From an uncultured delta proteobacterium (GTDB lineage: Bacteria; Desulfobacterota; Binatia; Binatales; Binataceae): a stretch of 64,000 nucleotides of DNA. The notes beneath the pieces are model-generated. The model saw only the letters and a program-made list of their open reading frames with translations. It was not told the origin of the DNA and made no database searches. Shown here one piece after another: positions 47,791-59,752 of the stretch (its first letter is position 1; every line of letters starts with the position of its first letter). The stretch covers positions 1,824,001 to 1,888,000 of the forward strand of contig CAWEEQ010000004.1 of the NCBI GenBank assembly GCA_963808235.1. Direction: 5' to 3'. Made by a program: the position numbers and the translations under genes.

Positions 47791-49977
47791 ATGGTATCCG
47801 TGAGACTCGACGATTTGAATCCCGAACAGCGCGCCGCGGTATTGGCGCCCGACGGCCCGATCCTGATCCTTGCCGGCGCGGGCTCGGGCAAGACCCGCGT
47901 TTTGACTTACCGCATCGCGCATCTGCTGGCCGAGCGGGTGGCATCGGCCGGCGAGATGCTGGCGGTCACGTTTACCAACAAAGCGGCGAACGAGATGCGC
48001 GAGCGGGTCACGTCGATCGTCGCGGACGGTTCGCGAATTCCGTGGGTCAGCACTTTTCACTCGGCATGCGCACGAATCCTGCGCCAGGAAGGGCACGCGC
48101 TCGGCTACGATCGCAATTTCACGATCCTCGACGAAGGGGATTCGATGACCACGATTCGCCGCGTGCTCGAGGATGCGGCGCTGGCAGACTCGCCGCCGCC
48201 CGAGCTGGTCCGCGCGCGAATCGAGCAGGCCAAGAACGAGGCGGTCTCGCCCGAGGCGATGCTCGCGAGCGCCGAGCCCGGGCGCGATGCCACCATCGCG
48301 CAGCTATACCGGCTCTACCAGGAGCGTCTGCTCGCGATGAATGCGATGGACTTCAGCGATCTACAGCTCCAGACCTACGTTCTCTTCGAGCGCTTTCCCG
48401 AGGTGCTCGCGCGATGGCAACCGCGCGCGAAGCATCTGCTGGTCGACGAGTTCCAGGACACCAACCGGGTTCAGTACCTGGTCGTGAAGGCGCTGGCAGA
48501 GCGCTCGGGAAACCTGTGCGTGGTCGGCGACGAAGATCAGTCGATCTATCGATGGCGCGGTGCCGACATCCGCAACATCCTTGATTTCGAGCGCGACTAC
48601 CCCACCGCACAAACCTTCAAGCTCGAACAGAACTACCGCTCCACCAAAACTATCCTCGCGGCGGCCGGCGCGGTGATCCGCAACAACACCGAGCGGAAGA
48701 TTAAGAACCTGTGGACCGAAAACGATTCCGGCGAGCCGGTCACCTACTTTACCGGCGTGACCGAGCGCGACGAGGCGGATTTTATCGCGCTCGAAATCGC
48801 ACGGCTGACCGGCTCGGGCGGGATGAAGCCCGCCGACGTCGTGATCTTCTACCGGGTCAACGCCCAATCCCGCGTGATCGAAGAGGCGCTGGTGCGCCGC
48901 CGAATCCCCTACTACGTCGTCGGCGGCGTGCGCTTTTACGAGCAGCGCGACATCAAGGACTTGCTCGCCTACCTGCGCGTGATTGCCAATCCGGCCGACG
49001 CACTCAGCCTGGAACGGATGCTCGGCGTGCCACCGCGCGGGATAGGCGCGAAGTCCTTCGAGGCTATCACTGAAGTCGCGGCGCATGAGCAAATCTCGAC
49101 GTTCGAGGCGATGGGCCGGCTCGAGACTTACTCCAAAGTTGCGCTTCGCATCGCCAAGCAGGCAGGGATGCTTTACGGATGGATGCGCGATCTGATGGTG
49201 CGCGCGCCCGACATGGGAGTGCGCGCAATCCTCGACGAAGTGGTCGCGCGCAGTGGATTCGAGCCGTATCTCGACACGCTGGCCGACGCGCCCGCGCGCA
49301 AGCAGAATCTGGCCGAGATGCTCGCGGCGGCAAATGCATTCGACGCCGAGCATTCCGGCGGCGGCTTGCTCGAGTTTCTGGAACGAGTCGCGCTGGTCAG
49401 TGATACCGAGCAAATCGATTCTAGCGGAGGACGCGCGGCGCTAATGACGCTGCATACGTCGAAAGGCCTCGAGTATCCGGTCGTGTTCATTGCGGGGATG
49501 GAGGAGGGCCTGTTTCCGCATAGCCGTTCCGCCGATATCGACGCGGAAGTCGAAGAGGAGCGCCGGCTCTGCTACGTCGGGATGACCCGCGCGCGCCAAC
49601 TGCTGTATCTGACCAACACGCTCTCGCGCGAACTCTACGGAGTGCGCCAGGAATCGCGCCAGTCGCGATTTCTGCGCGAGGTCGATTCCGCGCTGATTCG
49701 ACGTATCGCGCCCGAGCGCAATTCTCCGCCGGTGCGCCCGCTGTCGCGCGAGCCGTACGTCGATTTCACCGATAGCCAGTTGCCTGACGACGAACCCGCG
49801 AGCGGCGGCGACGGTTTAGGCATCGGCGCGCGAGTGATTCATCCTATTTTCGGCCGCGGCATCATCCGTAAGCGCGAAGGGCGCGGCGACGGCGCGAAGG
49901 CATGGGTTAATTTCGAGCGCGGCGGAATAAAACAGCTGGTGCTGAAGTTTGCGAATCTGCGGTTGCAGGAGCACTGA
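47791..49977 (+). CDS. pcrA: ATP-dependent DNA helicase PcrA/UvrD
   Basis: AGAGSGKT, VDEFQDTN, VGDEDQSIY.WRGA, KGLEY, EEERRLCYVG. Confidence 0.93.
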   Translation: MVSVRLDDLNPEQRAAVLAPDGPILILAGAGSGKTRVLTYRIAHLLAERVASAGEMLAVTFTNKAANEMRERVTSIVADGSRIPWVSTFHSACARILRQEGHALGYDRNFTILDEGDSMTTIRRVLEDAALADSPPPELVRARIEQAKNEAVSPEAMLASAEPGRDATIAQLYRLYQERLLAMNAMDFSDLQLQTYVLFERFPEVLARWQPRAKHLLVDEFQDTNRVQYLVVKALAERSGNLCVVGDEDQSIYRWRGADIRNILDFERDYPTAQTFKLEQNYRSTKTILAAAGAVIRNNTERKIKNLWTENDSGEPVTYFTGVTERDEADFIALEIARLTGSGGMKPADVVIFYRVNAQSRVIEEALVRRRIPYYVVGGVRFYEQRDIKDLLAYLRVIANPADALSLERMLGVPPRGIGAKSFEAITEVAAHEQISTFEAMGRLETYSKVALRIAKQAGMLYGWMRDLMVRAPDMGVRAILDEVVARSGFEPYLDTLADAPARKQNLAEMLAAANAFDAEHSGGGLLEFLERVALVSDTEQIDSSGGRAALMTLHTSKGLEYPVVFIAGMEEGLFPHSRSADIDAEVEEERRLCYVGMTRARQLLYLTNTLSRELYGVRQESRQSRFLREVDSALIRRIAPERNSPPVRPLSREPYVDFTDSQLPDDEPASGGDGLGIGARVIHPIFGRGIIRKREGRGDGAKAWVNFERGGIKQLVLKFANLRLQEH

Positions 49978-50076
49978 ACGCGCCGGTATGATCCGGGGTC
50001 ATGGGACGCCCACCGGTCGCGCCGAAGCGAATGGCTGTCCTTCGATCTCAACTCTAAATTTCGCTCCTGGAAGTTC

Positions 50077-51171
50077 ATGAAGCGCTTCATCGACATCGCG
50101 ATTCGAATTGTTCCCGTACTTCTGCTCGCGGCCCTGGTGGCGATTCCCGTGCATGCCGGGTGGACCGAGGACGAGTTCGAACATCGCCCGCTGTTTGCTT
50201 ACCCGCTGCCGCGCGGCCAGGACGACATCATCGGCAACCTCCTCACCTACCAACTCCAGAAGGGCGACACCCTGCTCGATGTTGGGCGATGGTTCGGGGT
50301 GACGGCCAAGGAAATTTCCAACGCCAACGGTGGCATCGACTGGTGGTCTCCACCGGCTGGTAAGCAAATCGTTCTGCCTGACGAGCATATCCTGCCCGAC
50401 ACTCCGCACGTCGGAATCGTGCTGAACATCCCCGAAATGCGGCTGTACTATTATTTTCCGTCGCCGACCGGGCCGATTCATCGCAAGGGCAAGGAGGCGC
50501 CGGGCAAGGGCAAAGTCACTCCGGCCAAGTTTGTCACGGGCAAGTCCGTCACGGGAAAGAAGCATGCGACTGCCGCCGGTACGGTCGGACCGTCGGTGGT
50601 GTACACGTTTCCGGTCGGGCTCGGGCGCTTCGACTGGAAGACGCCGATTGGCGATTTCACCGTGCGCGGCAAAACCAAAAATCCAACCTGGGTAGTGCCG
50701 CAGGACATCTACGAAGAGCATCTCGAACGTGACGGAGAGGCCGAGCACGTAGTCTCCGGCGACGATCCTGACAATCCGCTCGGCCATTATCGAATCGAGC
50801 TGACGCTGCCGGAGTATGCTCTGCACGGGACCAACGTTCCGTGGGGCGTCGGGATGGAAGTCAGCCACGGATGCATCCGGCTATATCCCGAAGACATCGA
50901 GCGGCTTTTCAACAAGGTGAAGATCGGGACTCCAGGGATGTTCGTCTATCAGCCGGTCAAGTTCGGATGGCGCGGCGACGCGCTCTACGTCGAAGTCCAC
51001 GAGGATCTTTACGGCCGCTACGCCGGACTGTGGGCCTACGCGCAGAAGGAAGCCGCGCGCCTCGGGATCGAAGACCAGGTCGATATGCAGAAACTCGAGA
51101 GAGCCGTCGAACAGAAGACCGGAGTTCCGACCTACGTGATGCCGGGACCGGCGCCGGGCAGCGCGGGCTAG
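50077..51171 (+). CDS. L,D-transpeptidase (ErfK/YcfS family, LysM)
   Basis: Signal peptide, LysM, NPLG, LHGTN...SHGCIRL. Confidence 0.92.
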   Translation: MKRFIDIAIRIVPVLLLAALVAIPVHAGWTEDEFEHRPLFAYPLPRGQDDIIGNLLTYQLQKGDTLLDVGRWFGVTAKEISNANGGIDWWSPPAGKQIVLPDEHILPDTPHVGIVLNIPEMRLYYYFPSPTGPIHRKGKEAPGKGKVTPAKFVTGKSVTGKKHATAAGTVGPSVVYTFPVGLGRFDWKTPIGDFTVRGKTKNPTWVVPQDIYEEHLERDGEAEHVVSGDDPDNPLGHYRIELTLPEYALHGTNVPWGVGMEVSHGCIRLYPEDIERLFNKVKIGTPGMFVYQPVKFGWRGDALYVEVHEDLYGRYAGLWAYAQKEAARLGIEDQVDMQKLERAVEQKTGVPTYVMPGPAPGSAG

Positions 51172-52811
51172 CGCGCAGTCGGCGCGCTCAAGCCTTCGGG
51201 CGTGCGGCGCTTTTTCACCAGGTAAAAGTAGCGATGGCCGAGGCCGAATGGTCCCGGCGCTTTGAGCCGCCGCACGACTACCGAGCCTGCGATCGCTTCG
51301 CTCGCAATCGTGTATTCATCCACCTTCGGAGAAGTGATCATCGGGATTCCTGCTTCGAGCTTCATCGTCTCGACGCCGTGCTTCGGATACCGGTAAAGAT
51401 CCTCGCCGTTGAGCGAGTAGCCCGCGTCGATCGCTGAGCGCGGAATCCCTTCGCGCTCGAGCGCGTTTCGCGCCGCGAGCACCACGCCGAGTCCGCGCTG
51501 ATATGAATAGGTGCCACCGAGCGACATCAGGCCCATCGCGAAGATCATCGCGAACCCCGCGGACTTGACCAGCCGGGTCCGCGGCAGCGGCGCGAGTGCA
51601 AGCACGATCGCTCCAGCCGGCACCAGCACCAGGTAGTACCGATCGTTGAAGAACCAGAGCGGAAGCGTCGCAGCCCAATAGACCATCGCGCCGATCACGA
51701 TCGCCGCCGCTGCGCGCCGCATCCGCATAAAAATATCCGCGAACGCGACTATCAGTCCGGCCGCACCCAGGCTCGCGAGCACGAGAAAGGCGTATTGCCA
51801 GTTGCTCTCCCAGAGAAAACGGTTCGACATGCCGCGAAGCAGCAGCGTGTTGTGGGATCCGCCGAAGCAACTGTACTCGGGCGTGACCGGCATCGAATGG
51901 TCCGTCCACATCAGCAGGAGTGCCGATCCGGTTATTGCGGCGCTCATCACCAAAACCATCCGCCCTCGTCGCGTCGCGAGCTGCAAGAGTGCGATCGGCG
52001 CGAGCACTGTCCCAAGGTAGAGCGCGGGACCCAGGATGCCCGCGCGAAGATAGACTGCAAGCGGCACCCGGAAAATATAAGCGAACTGATCTTCGTCCAG
52101 CTGCAAAGACCACGGTTTCGGCCTCAGCACCGTGAGCGAAATCCAGAAAAGCGCGCAAACCCCCAGCGCAACTGCAAACGGCGCCAGCATCGCGAGCAGC
52201 TGCGCGCGGCCGATCGTACGCTTTCCTCTAAGCACTCCATCGTGGAGAAGAATCGCGCCTACGCACCCAGCAATCGCCATCGCGCCGAACGGGCGAATCA
52301 TGAAAGCAATCACCGCGAGCGCCGCCGCGAGCCAGAGCCACGGTCGCGAGCGCGCGGACCCGGCTTTGGCGAAAGCCAGGTAGGTCCCGACCAGCAATGT
52401 CAGGAAAGGAATCTCGGTCATGAATGAGAAACTGAGAAACGTGAAGCACGGATTGCAGACCAGCAGGCCGGTCGCCGCGAGCGCTTGCCATCGGCGCGCG
52501 CCGCACTTGAGCGCGAGCGCATGGAACATCACGCCGCACGCAATCGCGAGCGCAACCGTCGCGATCTCGAGCGATACCGCGTTCGCGCCGAATGCGCGTC
52601 CCCACGCGGCTCCGTAGATCACTTGAGCGATCGGCATCGCCTGCGTGTAGCCGGCAAACCTGATCTCGCCGGTACGAAGGTATCGCCGCACCGCCGATCC
52701 GTAGAGCCAGCTGTCGACGACCGCCGCGTCGGTCAACGGATACAGTATTGCCAGCGCGAACACGTACCATCCGGTGACCATCGCGGCCGCGGCCCATCCT
52801 GCGCGCCTCAT
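51168..52811 (-). CDS. GT-C fold membrane glycosyltransferase (family 39/ArnT-like)
   Basis: Multi-TM protein; DSW.Y, SFMTEIPF, DRYYL motifs. Confidence 0.72.
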   Translation of the reverse strand: MRRAGWAAAAMVTGWYVFALAILYPLTDAAVVDSWLYGSAVRRYLRTGEIRFAGYTQAMPIAQVIYGAAWGRAFGANAVSLEIATVALAIACGVMFHALALKCGARRWQALAATGLLVCNPCFTFLSFSFMTEIPFLTLLVGTYLAFAKAGSARSRPWLWLAAALAVIAFMIRPFGAMAIAGCVGAILLHDGVLRGKRTIGRAQLLAMLAPFAVALGVCALFWISLTVLRPKPWSLQLDEDQFAYIFRVPLAVYLRAGILGPALYLGTVLAPIALLQLATRRGRMVLVMSAAITGSALLLMWTDHSMPVTPEYSCFGGSHNTLLLRGMSNRFLWESNWQYAFLVLASLGAAGLIVAFADIFMRMRRAAAAIVIGAMVYWAATLPLWFFNDRYYLVLVPAGAIVLALAPLPRTRLVKSAGFAMIFAMGLMSLGGTYSYQRGLGVVLAARNALEREGIPRSAIDAGYSLNGEDLYRYPKHGVETMKLEAGIPMITSPKVDEYTIASEAIAGSVVVRRLKAPGPFGLGHRYFYLVKKRRTPEGLSAPTAR

Positions 52812-52923
52812 CTCAAGCCCTCATCTCAAAGTCGCTGCCTTGCCCCGGTTTTGAGCTATCCCATATACTCCGAAATCAACTCGAAAAAATGGGACTGCGC
52901 TGATTTCAACCGAATCACACCCG

Positions 52924-54105
52924 ATGCGACAAGTAGCATTTCATCGTCCATCGATTGGACCCGACGAAGAGCGCGAGGTGCTGGAGGCGCTGCGCTCGGG
53001 ATGGATCACGACCGGGCCCAAAGCCAAAAGATTCGAGAAGGAATTCGCCGAATACGTCGGCGCCAAAAACGCGCTCGCGGTATCGCACTGCACCGGCGCG
53101 CTTCACCTGGCGCTGTGGGCGCTCGGCATCGGCCCCGGCGACGAAGTTATCACCACTCCCTTCACCTTCACCGCGACTGCGGAAATTCTCGGCTACCTCG
53201 GCGCGCGGCCGGTGTTCGTCGATGTGGATCCGGGCACCTTCAACATCAGCCCGGCCCGCATCGAAGAGGCGCTCGAGAACGGCGCGAACAAAAAAGTGCG
53301 CGCGCTTTTGCCGGTGCACTTTGCGGGTCACGCTTGCGATATGGATCGGATTCTCAAGATAGCGCGCGATTACAACCTGAAAGTCGTGGAAGACGCCGCG
53401 CACGCGGCCGGTTCCGCGCGCCACATGGATGGGCGTGGGATGGCCAAAGTCGGCACTATCGGCGACATCACCTGTTTCAGCTTTTACGCGACCAAGAATT
53501 TCACCACCGCCGAAGGCGGGATGATCACGACCGCCGATGACGCGCTGGCGGAAAAGATCTCCGTCGCAAGTCTGCACGGGATGAACAAGGACGCGTGGAA
53601 GCGCTACGACAGCAGCGGGTCGTGGTTTTACGAAATCCACGACATGGGCTTCAAGTACAACCTGTCCGACGTGCACGCCGCGATAGGACTCGCGCAGCTC
53701 AAGCGCGCCGACGATTTCATGCGCCGGCGCGCCGAGATCGCGCGCGCCTACAACGAAGCGTTTCGCGGCGACGAATGCCTGCAGGCGGCGTACTCCGAAC
53801 CGGGCATCGAGCACGCGTGGCATCTCTACGTGCTGAGGCTCCGTCCCGAACTCCTGAAGGTTGGCCGCAACCAGTTCGTCGAAATATTGCGCGAACGCGG
53901 CGTCGGATGCTCCGTTCACTGCATCCCGCTCCACACGATGCACTATTATCAGCGCAACTATGGGTACCGCGCCGGCGATTTTCCGGTCGCGGAAGACATT
54001 TACAGCCGATGCCTGTCGCTGCCAATTTACGCCGCGATGACTGACGACGACGTCACCTACGTAATCGAAACCGTGCGTGCGATCGCGCGCGAGAACCGCC
54101 GCTGA
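52924..54105 (+). CDS. DegT/DnrJ/EryC1/StrS aminotransferase (ArnB/SpsC-like)
   Basis: SGWITTGP, EDAAH, SFYATKN.TTAEGG. Confidence 0.92.
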   Translation: MRQVAFHRPSIGPDEEREVLEALRSGWITTGPKAKRFEKEFAEYVGAKNALAVSHCTGALHLALWALGIGPGDEVITTPFTFTATAEILGYLGARPVFVDVDPGTFNISPARIEEALENGANKKVRALLPVHFAGHACDMDRILKIARDYNLKVVEDAAHAAGSARHMDGRGMAKVGTIGDITCFSFYATKNFTTAEGGMITTADDALAEKISVASLHGMNKDAWKRYDSSGSWFYEIHDMGFKYNLSDVHAAIGLAQLKRADDFMRRRAEIARAYNEAFRGDECLQAAYSEPGIEHAWHLYVLRLRPELLKVGRNQFVEILRERGVGCSVHCIPLHTMHYYQRNYGYRAGDFPVAEDIYSRCLSLPIYAAMTDDDVTYVIETVRAIARENRR

Positions 54106-54132
54106 GCGCGCGATGGCTCCAGGAGGAAGACT

Positions 54133-55075
54133 GTGCGTGCACTGGTAACCGGGGGCGCCGGATTTCTCGGCTCTCATCTATGCGAACGGCTGCTCCGCGA
54201 CGGCGCCGAGGTCATCTGCCTCGACAACTTTTTCAGCGGCAAGCGCGCTAACATTGCGCATCTGGCCGGCCCATCGCAATTTCGAATTTATCCGTCACGA
54301 TACCGTCGAGCCGATTCTGCTCGAGGTCGATCGCATCTTCCATCTCGCCTGTCCCGCGTCGCCGGTCCACTACCAGTACAATCCCGTCAAAACGATCAAG
54401 ACCAGCGTGATGGGCACGATCAACATGCTCGGACTGGCCAAACGCGTGCACGCGCGGATTCTGCTCACCTCGACCAGCGAAGTGTACGGCGACCCGGAAG
54501 AGCATCCGCAAACCGAATCCTACTGGGGCAACGTCAATCCGATCGGCGTGCGATCCTGTTACGACGAGGGCAAGCGCGTCGCCGAATGCCTGATGATGGA
54601 CTATCACCGCCAGAACAAGGTCGATACTCGAATCGTGCGCATCTTCAACACCTACGGCCCGCGGATGGCAATCAACGACGGGCGCGTGGTGTCGAACTTC
54701 TGCGTCGCGGCGCTGCGCGGCGAAGATCTCGAGATTTATGGCGACGGCAAGCAGACCCGGTCGTTCGCTTACGTCGACGACATCATCGACGCGATCGTGC
54801 GCATGATGAACCAGGACAATCACATCGGCCCGGTTAACATCGGCAATCCCGACGAATTCACAATTGTCGAACTCGCGCGGCTCGCGATCGAGCTTTCCGG
54901 CAGTGAATCGAGAGTAATCGTCAAACCGCCCCGCCCCGACGATCCGGTGCGCCGCAAGCCGAACATCGATCTCGCGCGGAAGTTGCTCGGCTGGGAGCCA
55001 AAGGTTCCGCTGCGCGCCGGGCTCGAGAAATCGATTCAACACTTTCGAGAAGTGCTCGGGTCTGGCAAGGCATAG
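54133..55075 (+). CDS. UDP-glucuronate decarboxylase (frameshift near 54268)
   Basis: [11 protein letters not shown] in first frame; [30 protein letters not shown] in second. Confidence 0.9.
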
Positions 55076-55179
55076 CAAATCGCCGACTCGAGCAGCCCCG
55101 CTTTTTCTGTTGCGATAGGGAGCGACGGTGCGCAAAGATTAATTGATCAGTGGCACTCCTGACTCGGCGTCGTCTTGCG

Positions 55180-55464
55180 ATGGATCCAATCAAGCGACTG
55201 GTGGTGGCATCTACGGTACTCGCATGCGCGACCGCGCTTGCGTCATGCGCCGCAACTCCGCCACCCAAGCCGCCTGAGCCCGCGCCCTTCGCATGGGTGG
55301 CGCCCTCGCCTCCACCGCCGCCTGACGAGTGGAATATCTTTCCCGATCCCACCACCGGCCAGGTCGATGTCTATCACGAGGGCGAGTACGTCGGTGCCGT
55401 CACCGGCAAAGAACCGGCCGACGAAGATCCGCCAGTTCCACATCCGGTCGCGCCCGCGAATTGA
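55180..55464 (+). CDS. Small proline-rich putative lipoprotein
   Basis: Signal peptide with LASC lipobox; Pro-rich linker; short beta-rich domain. Confidence 0.6.
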   Translation: MDPIKRLVVASTVLACATALASCAATPPPKPPEPAPFAWVAPSPPPPPDEWNIFPDPTTGQVDVYHEGEYVGAVTGKEPADEDPPVPHPVAPAN

Positions 55465-55479
55465 TCGCGCGCACCGCGC

Positions 55480-56622
<1,143 letters not shown>

Positions 56623-56777
56623 CTTATTGTTCTCCCCGGTGGCTGCCGTGAATTGGTGTTAACCGACCGCGGGCCGGATGAAAAGAGCCGCGCCGCGCGT
56701 TTTCGATTCGCCTTGAAAAACCGCGCCGGTGCGAATACGACGGTAGATGAAATTCGATCATTCAAGGAGACCTGACA

Positions 56778-57077
56778 ATGGCGAAGACTGTTATCGCGAA
56801 ACTCAAGGTGAAGCCCGGCAGCGAAGCCGCGTTCGAAGAAGCCGCAAAAGCGATGATCGCAACCGTGCGAGCGTCGGAGCCGGGCACTCTGACCTATATC
56901 CTGCACAAGAATGAGAAGGACCCGACCGAATTCGTATATTACGAGGTCTACCAGGACCAGGCGGCGTTCGATTCGCACGGCAAGACCGATCACATGAAGG
57001 CATTCGGCGGAAAAATCGGCGGCCTGCTCGCGGGTCGCCCCGAGATCGCGATCCTGACCGAAGTAGCGCACAAATAG
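56778..57077 (+). CDS. ABM/putative quinol monooxygenase
   Basis: VKPG.E..F...SEPG.L.Y...YE.Y....A...H; AAGGAG RBS. Confidence 0.85.
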   Translation: MAKTVIAKLKVKPGSEAAFEEAAKAMIATVRASEPGTLTYILHKNEKDPTEFVYYEVYQDQAAFDSHGKTDHMKAFGGKIGGLLAGRPEIAILTEVAHK

Positions 57078-57101
57078 ACTTAAAGTAATCGTTTAAGTTT
57101 G

Positions 57102-58379
57102 ATGTCATCGAGTCCTGCGAGCTCAACCCTTGCTATTCTCGGCGGCGAACCGACGCGCACCCGCCCCTTCTCCAAGTGGCCGATCTTCGATCCGCGCGAG
57201 CGTGAGCAACTCGAAGACGTTCTCACTTCCGGGAGTTGGGGCGGCTTCCCGTCGCCCAATCGCAAGGCTGCCGAATTCTCCGCCGCATTCGCCGCCTATC
57301 ACGGCGCGCGCTTCGCGATCCCGACCACCTCGGGCACCAGCGCGCTCGAAGTCGCGCTTAAAGCGCTTGGCGTCGGACCCGGCGACGAAGTGATCGTGCC
57401 GGCGATTACGTTCGCCGCAACTCCGTACGCAGCGATCGCATGCATGGCGCGACCCATCTTCGCCGACGTGAGCGCGGCAACCGCCTGCATCGATCCCGCG
57501 TCGGTACAGCGGCTCATCACTCGGCGCAGCAGGGCGATCATCCCGGTGCATTACGGAGCATCGCTCGCTGATCTCGACGCCCTGATGGAAATCTCGCGCG
57601 CGCATTCGATCCCGATCGTCGAGGATTGCGCGCACGTGCCCGGCGCCCAGTGGCGCGAGCGCGGAGTCGGAACTCACGGCGCGCTCGGATGCTTCAGCTT
57701 TCAGAGCAGCAAGCCGATGACTGCTGGCGAAGGGGGGATGATCCTCGTCAATGACTCCGAGCTCGAACAGCGTTGCCAGTCGCTCATCAACTGCGGCCGC
57801 CGCCGCCCGACTGACACGTTCGAAGGCCCGCTGATGGGCGCGAACTATCGGATGACGGAATGGCAATGCGCGATCGCGCTCGCACAATTGTCGCGTCTGC
57901 CGGAACAGATCGAGCACAAGAGCAAAAACGCAGCGCGCTTGCGCGAGCGGCTTGGCGCGATCAGGGGCGTCAGAACGATCGCCCGCGATCCCCGCGTCAC
58001 CCGCGAGACAATCTACACGTTCGCTTTTCTGGTCGATGAAGGCGCACTTGGAGTGTCGCGCAATCGGTTTGTCCGCGCGATGCGCGCGGAGGGAATCCCG
58101 TGCGGCGTCGGCAATGAGCCCGTCTATCGGTCGCCGCTGTTCCCGCTTGAATCTGGCGAGTACCGCAAGGCGTGCGAACTTGCTGGTGCCAGCGGCAACC
58201 AGGCAACCAGCATTGATTGCCCAATCGCCGAACGGATCTTCGCGCATGAGATGGTCGCGATACCGCATGAATGCCTCCTGGGCGACGCGCGTGACATGGA
58301 CGATATTGTCGCCGCAGCCGTCAAAGTGGCTTCCAGAGCCAGTGAGCTTAGTCGAGCTACACTCGAGCACACGGTCTAG
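57102..58379 (+). CDS. DegT-family PLP aminotransferase (RifK/BtrR-like subgroup)
   Basis: LAILGG.P, EDCAH, SFQSSKPMTAGEGG, GANYRMTEWQ. Confidence 0.88.
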   Translation: MSSSPASSTLAILGGEPTRTRPFSKWPIFDPREREQLEDVLTSGSWGGFPSPNRKAAEFSAAFAAYHGARFAIPTTSGTSALEVALKALGVGPGDEVIVPAITFAATPYAAIACMARPIFADVSAATACIDPASVQRLITRRSRAIIPVHYGASLADLDALMEISRAHSIPIVEDCAHVPGAQWRERGVGTHGALGCFSFQSSKPMTAGEGGMILVNDSELEQRCQSLINCGRRRPTDTFEGPLMGANYRMTEWQCAIALAQLSRLPEQIEHKSKNAARLRERLGAIRGVRTIARDPRVTRETIYTFAFLVDEGALGVSRNRFVRAMRAEGIPCGVGNEPVYRSPLFPLESGEYRKACELAGASGNQATSIDCPIAERIFAHEMVAIPHECLLGDARDMDDIVAAAVKVASRASELSRATLEHTV

Positions 58380-58384
58380 GCATC

Positions 58385-59749
58385 ATGCGAGAACTCCTCG
58401 CCGGTGCGGCACGAATAAAACTGGATCCGCCGCTCGGTCTCGCGATGGCGGGATACGGCAATCGAGTCGGTCGCGCAAACGGCGTGCATGACGATCTCGC
58501 GGCGCAAGCGTTGGTGCTGAGCGACGGCGTCACCAAGGTTGCGATCGCCGGCGTCGACGTTCTCGCGATCGGCCAGCGCATCGCCGATGACATCCGCGAG
58601 CGCGTCGCCGCAAAGTCGGACATCGCCGCCGATGCGATCATGGTCTGTGCAACGCACACCCATTCCGGACCCGCCTTCAACATCTTCGCGACTCCGCGCG
58701 CAGAGGCAAAACCAGGCGAAGGCCGCAGTCTCCAATGGGAACGCACGCTGCCCGCAAAGATCGCAAGCGCAATTATTCGCGCCAATGAGACACTCGAACC
58801 CGCATCGCTTAGCGATGCCAGCGCGCGATTCACGCTCGGAACCAATCGCCGCCTGATGCGTCCGAATGGGCAGATTCAACTCGCCGCAAATTACCAGGGG
58901 GTGGCCGACGGCGAAGCTGGAGTCCTCGCGGTGTCCAACCGCAGTTCAAAGCCCATCGCATTCCTCTTGAATTATCCATGCCACGGCGTCGTGCTCTGCG
59001 AAGATAACCTGCTTTACTCGCGCGATTGGCCAGGCTTTGCCATGGACGAGATCGAGCGCGCCGCGTCTTCCGATCGCGGCAACCCGGCAATCTCAATCTT
59101 TGCGCAAGGCGCTACCGGCAACATCGATCCGCGCAGCCGCGGCAGTTTCGACGTCGCCGAAGAGAACGGCCGCTTGATGGGTCGCGCTGCGTTCGAAGCG
59201 ATCAGCCATGCGCCTGCGCTCTCAGATACTCGCATCTCGGTACGCAGAGTGCCGCTGAAGCTCGCGCTCAAGAGTCTCGACGGCTCACTGGCGAGCGCGC
59301 GCGATGGTGTCGCTCAGACTGAGACTTCGTTGAGCAGCCATCGCGGCGGTGACGGCTATCAGTTGAAGCGCCTGCGTGATCACCATGCACAATCGCTCTC
59401 CGCGCTCGCCGCTCTCGAGTTGCTCGAAGAGCAGAACCGCCGCGATCGGCGCGTCGACCTCGCGCGCCGCGAACTGTCAACCTCGATGACGATCGTCACC
59501 GTCGGCAAAATAGCGCTGGTCGGAATCCCCGGCGAGCTGTTTGTCGAACTCGGCCTGGCGCTCAAGTGCAATCCGCACTTCGCTCGCACCTTCGTGCTCG
59601 GCTACTGCAATGATCTGATCGGGTACATCCCGACTCGCGCGGCGTACGCAGAAGGTGGTTACGAAGTCGACACCGCCCGAATCGCCGCAGGGAGCGGCGA
59701 GAAAATTGTCGCGGTTGCGCTATCGACGCTTGAGGAAATGCACGGATAG
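58385..59749 (+). CDS. Neutral/alkaline ceramidase-like hydrolase
   Basis: MAGY, HDDL.A.ALV, ATHTHSGP, NYPCH, QGATGN, PGELF, GY.P. Confidence 0.8.
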   Translation: MRELLAGAARIKLDPPLGLAMAGYGNRVGRANGVHDDLAAQALVLSDGVTKVAIAGVDVLAIGQRIADDIRERVAAKSDIAADAIMVCATHTHSGPAFNIFATPRAEAKPGEGRSLQWERTLPAKIASAIIRANETLEPASLSDASARFTLGTNRRLMRPNGQIQLAANYQGVADGEAGVLAVSNRSSKPIAFLLNYPCHGVVLCEDNLLYSRDWPGFAMDEIERAASSDRGNPAISIFAQGATGNIDPRSRGSFDVAEENGRLMGRAAFEAISHAPALSDTRISVRRVPLKLALKSLDGSLASARDGVAQTETSLSSHRGGDGYQLKRLRDHHAQSLSALAALELLEEQNRRDRRVDLARRELSTSMTIVTVGKIALVGIPGELFVELGLALKCNPHFARTFVLGYCNDLIGYIPTRAAYAEGGYEVDTARIAAGSGEKIVAVALSTLEEMHG

Positions 59750-59752
59750 CCG

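Noticed and set aside
52806-52829. Direct repeat CCTCATCTCAA x2 at the GT-C gene start
   Set aside because: Short local duplication with no supportable function
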